Of a DNA stretch of 17,208 bases, positions 16,370-17,208 are shown one piece after another (the first letter of the stretch is position 1; every line of letters starts with the position of its first letter). A program made the position numbers and the translations under genes. The DNA lies in assembly GCA_041288045.1 (NCBI GenBank), contig JBGGMM010000038.1:1-17208 (forward strand), given 5' to 3'. This DNA is from Pseudobdellovibrionaceae bacterium (GTDB lineage: Bacteria; Bdellovibrionota; Bdellovibrionia; Bdellovibrionales; Bdellovibrionaceae). The notes under the pieces were generated by a model that made no database searches, was not told the DNA's origin, and saw nothing but the letters and a program-made list of their open reading frames with translations.

Positions 16370-17208
16370 CTACTTTAAATAGTTCGCCTTCAGAGTGTCG
16401 AAAATCGACTGCTGCATGCGGCCCATTCTTGAACACATCAGGTGAGTTGTGTCGAGCTGGTAATTGATGATGACTTTTTCTTGGGCGTCGTAGAACTCGA
16501 CGTAGCAGTCAACAAATCCCAAAACGTGACCGAACTCGTGCCGAATGGTCCATTGCACATCCCACTCGGTGAGCGGCGTGTTCTTGTCCATGGTGATTGT
16601 GTCGCCGCCAGCTTTATTCACGTGTGGCGTAACACCTGGCTCGAACTCGACATGAACATCGGCATAGGGTTTAAAGTCCAATAACATTTTCCAGTCGTTC
16701 CATTTGAATTCATCTTCAATATTGATTTTCAAGAAATCCAAGATGGTGTTGTCGTGGGGATCTTGAAAGGGAATGTGCATTTCAAGCGGACTTGCTTTTG
16801 ACCAAACGAATTCATGGCGGGGATTGTGGAGTCCAAAGTAAGAATTCCAAATGCGCTCGCCGCTTGGCAGGTGCTTTAAGTAAAACTCATAGGCCTGTTT
16901 TCCTTTGATCGCCGCTTCAGCCAACCCTTGGCAGCCGGCTCCAACGCCTTCGGTGTTCTGACACATTTGTCGAAGCCATTCTTTGATCTCACTTTGTTTT
17001 TCAGCCGAAAGGGTATCCACAGAGCGAAGAAGATTTTCCACATTTTCGGTTTTCTTGCTGAGAAAATAAAATCCGCGAACATCGTCCTTTGCCTCTAGCT
17101 GCAAGAGAGACAAATAGGGCTGCATCATTTTCCAGCGGTTCGCCGTTTGGTAGTTCTTATCCACTTCCTTGGCCCATTTGATGTATTCCTCTTCAGAAAT
17201 GGGTGGAT
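16370..17208 (-). CDS. Putative zinc metalloprotease, metzincin-like (3' part; start lies beyond the right edge)
   Basis: HEFGHVLGFVD motif plus a downstream HLMCS Met-turn candidate. The frame stays open upstream of GTG 17164 to the window edge (PPISEEEYIKWAKEVDKN). Confidence 0.8.
   Translation of the reverse strand, partial: PPISEEEYIKWAKEVDKNYQTANRWKMMQPYLSLLQLEAKDDVRGFYFLSKKTENVENLLRSVDTLSAEKQSEIKEWLRQMCQNTEGVGAGCQGLAEAAIKGKQAYEFYLKHLPSGERIWNSYFGLHNPRHEFVWSKASPLEMHIPFQDPHDNTILDFLKINIEDEFKWNDWKMLLDFKPYADVHVEFEPGVTPHVNKAGGDTITMDKNTPLTEWDVQWTIRHEFGHVLGFVDCYVEFYDAQEKVIINYQLDTTHLMCSRMGRMQQSIFDTLKANYLK

Noticed and set aside
1..17208. CRISPR arrays, tRNA/rRNA, transposases, integrases, defence or toxin-antitoxin genes
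   Set aside because: All intergenic gaps are short, with no repeat-spacer periodicity or cloverleaf, and no ORF shows such motifs.

Overview
A gene-dense, mostly core-genome bacterial window. Gene content and order suggest a Bdellovibrionota (Bdellovibrio-like) chromosome; this is inference, not a database result. From left to right it contains: the 5' part of rpsF (minus strand, missed by the ORF track) with an S6:S18-type autoregulatory leader; a divergent tandem-FHA protein plus alpha/beta hydrolase pair; a secreted subtilisin with a C-terminal CUB-like domain; a 69-aa orphan with its own sigma28-like promoter and a clamp-binding-like motif; a three-subunit sdhCAB operon; a divergent run etfB-etfA-DUF374 (LpxJ-like acyltransferase)-three parvulin/SurA foldases-pdxA-PMM/PGM; an orphan lipoprotein; and the 3' part of an HExxHxxGxxD zinc metalloprotease. 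I saw no mobile element, CRISPR array, tRNA or rRNA, and I cannot claim a clear new multi-gene system. The best leads are the 69-aa gene, a perfect intrinsic terminator inside a lipoprotein signal-peptide coding sequence, the envelope-biogenesis gene run, and the FHA-hydrolase pair.
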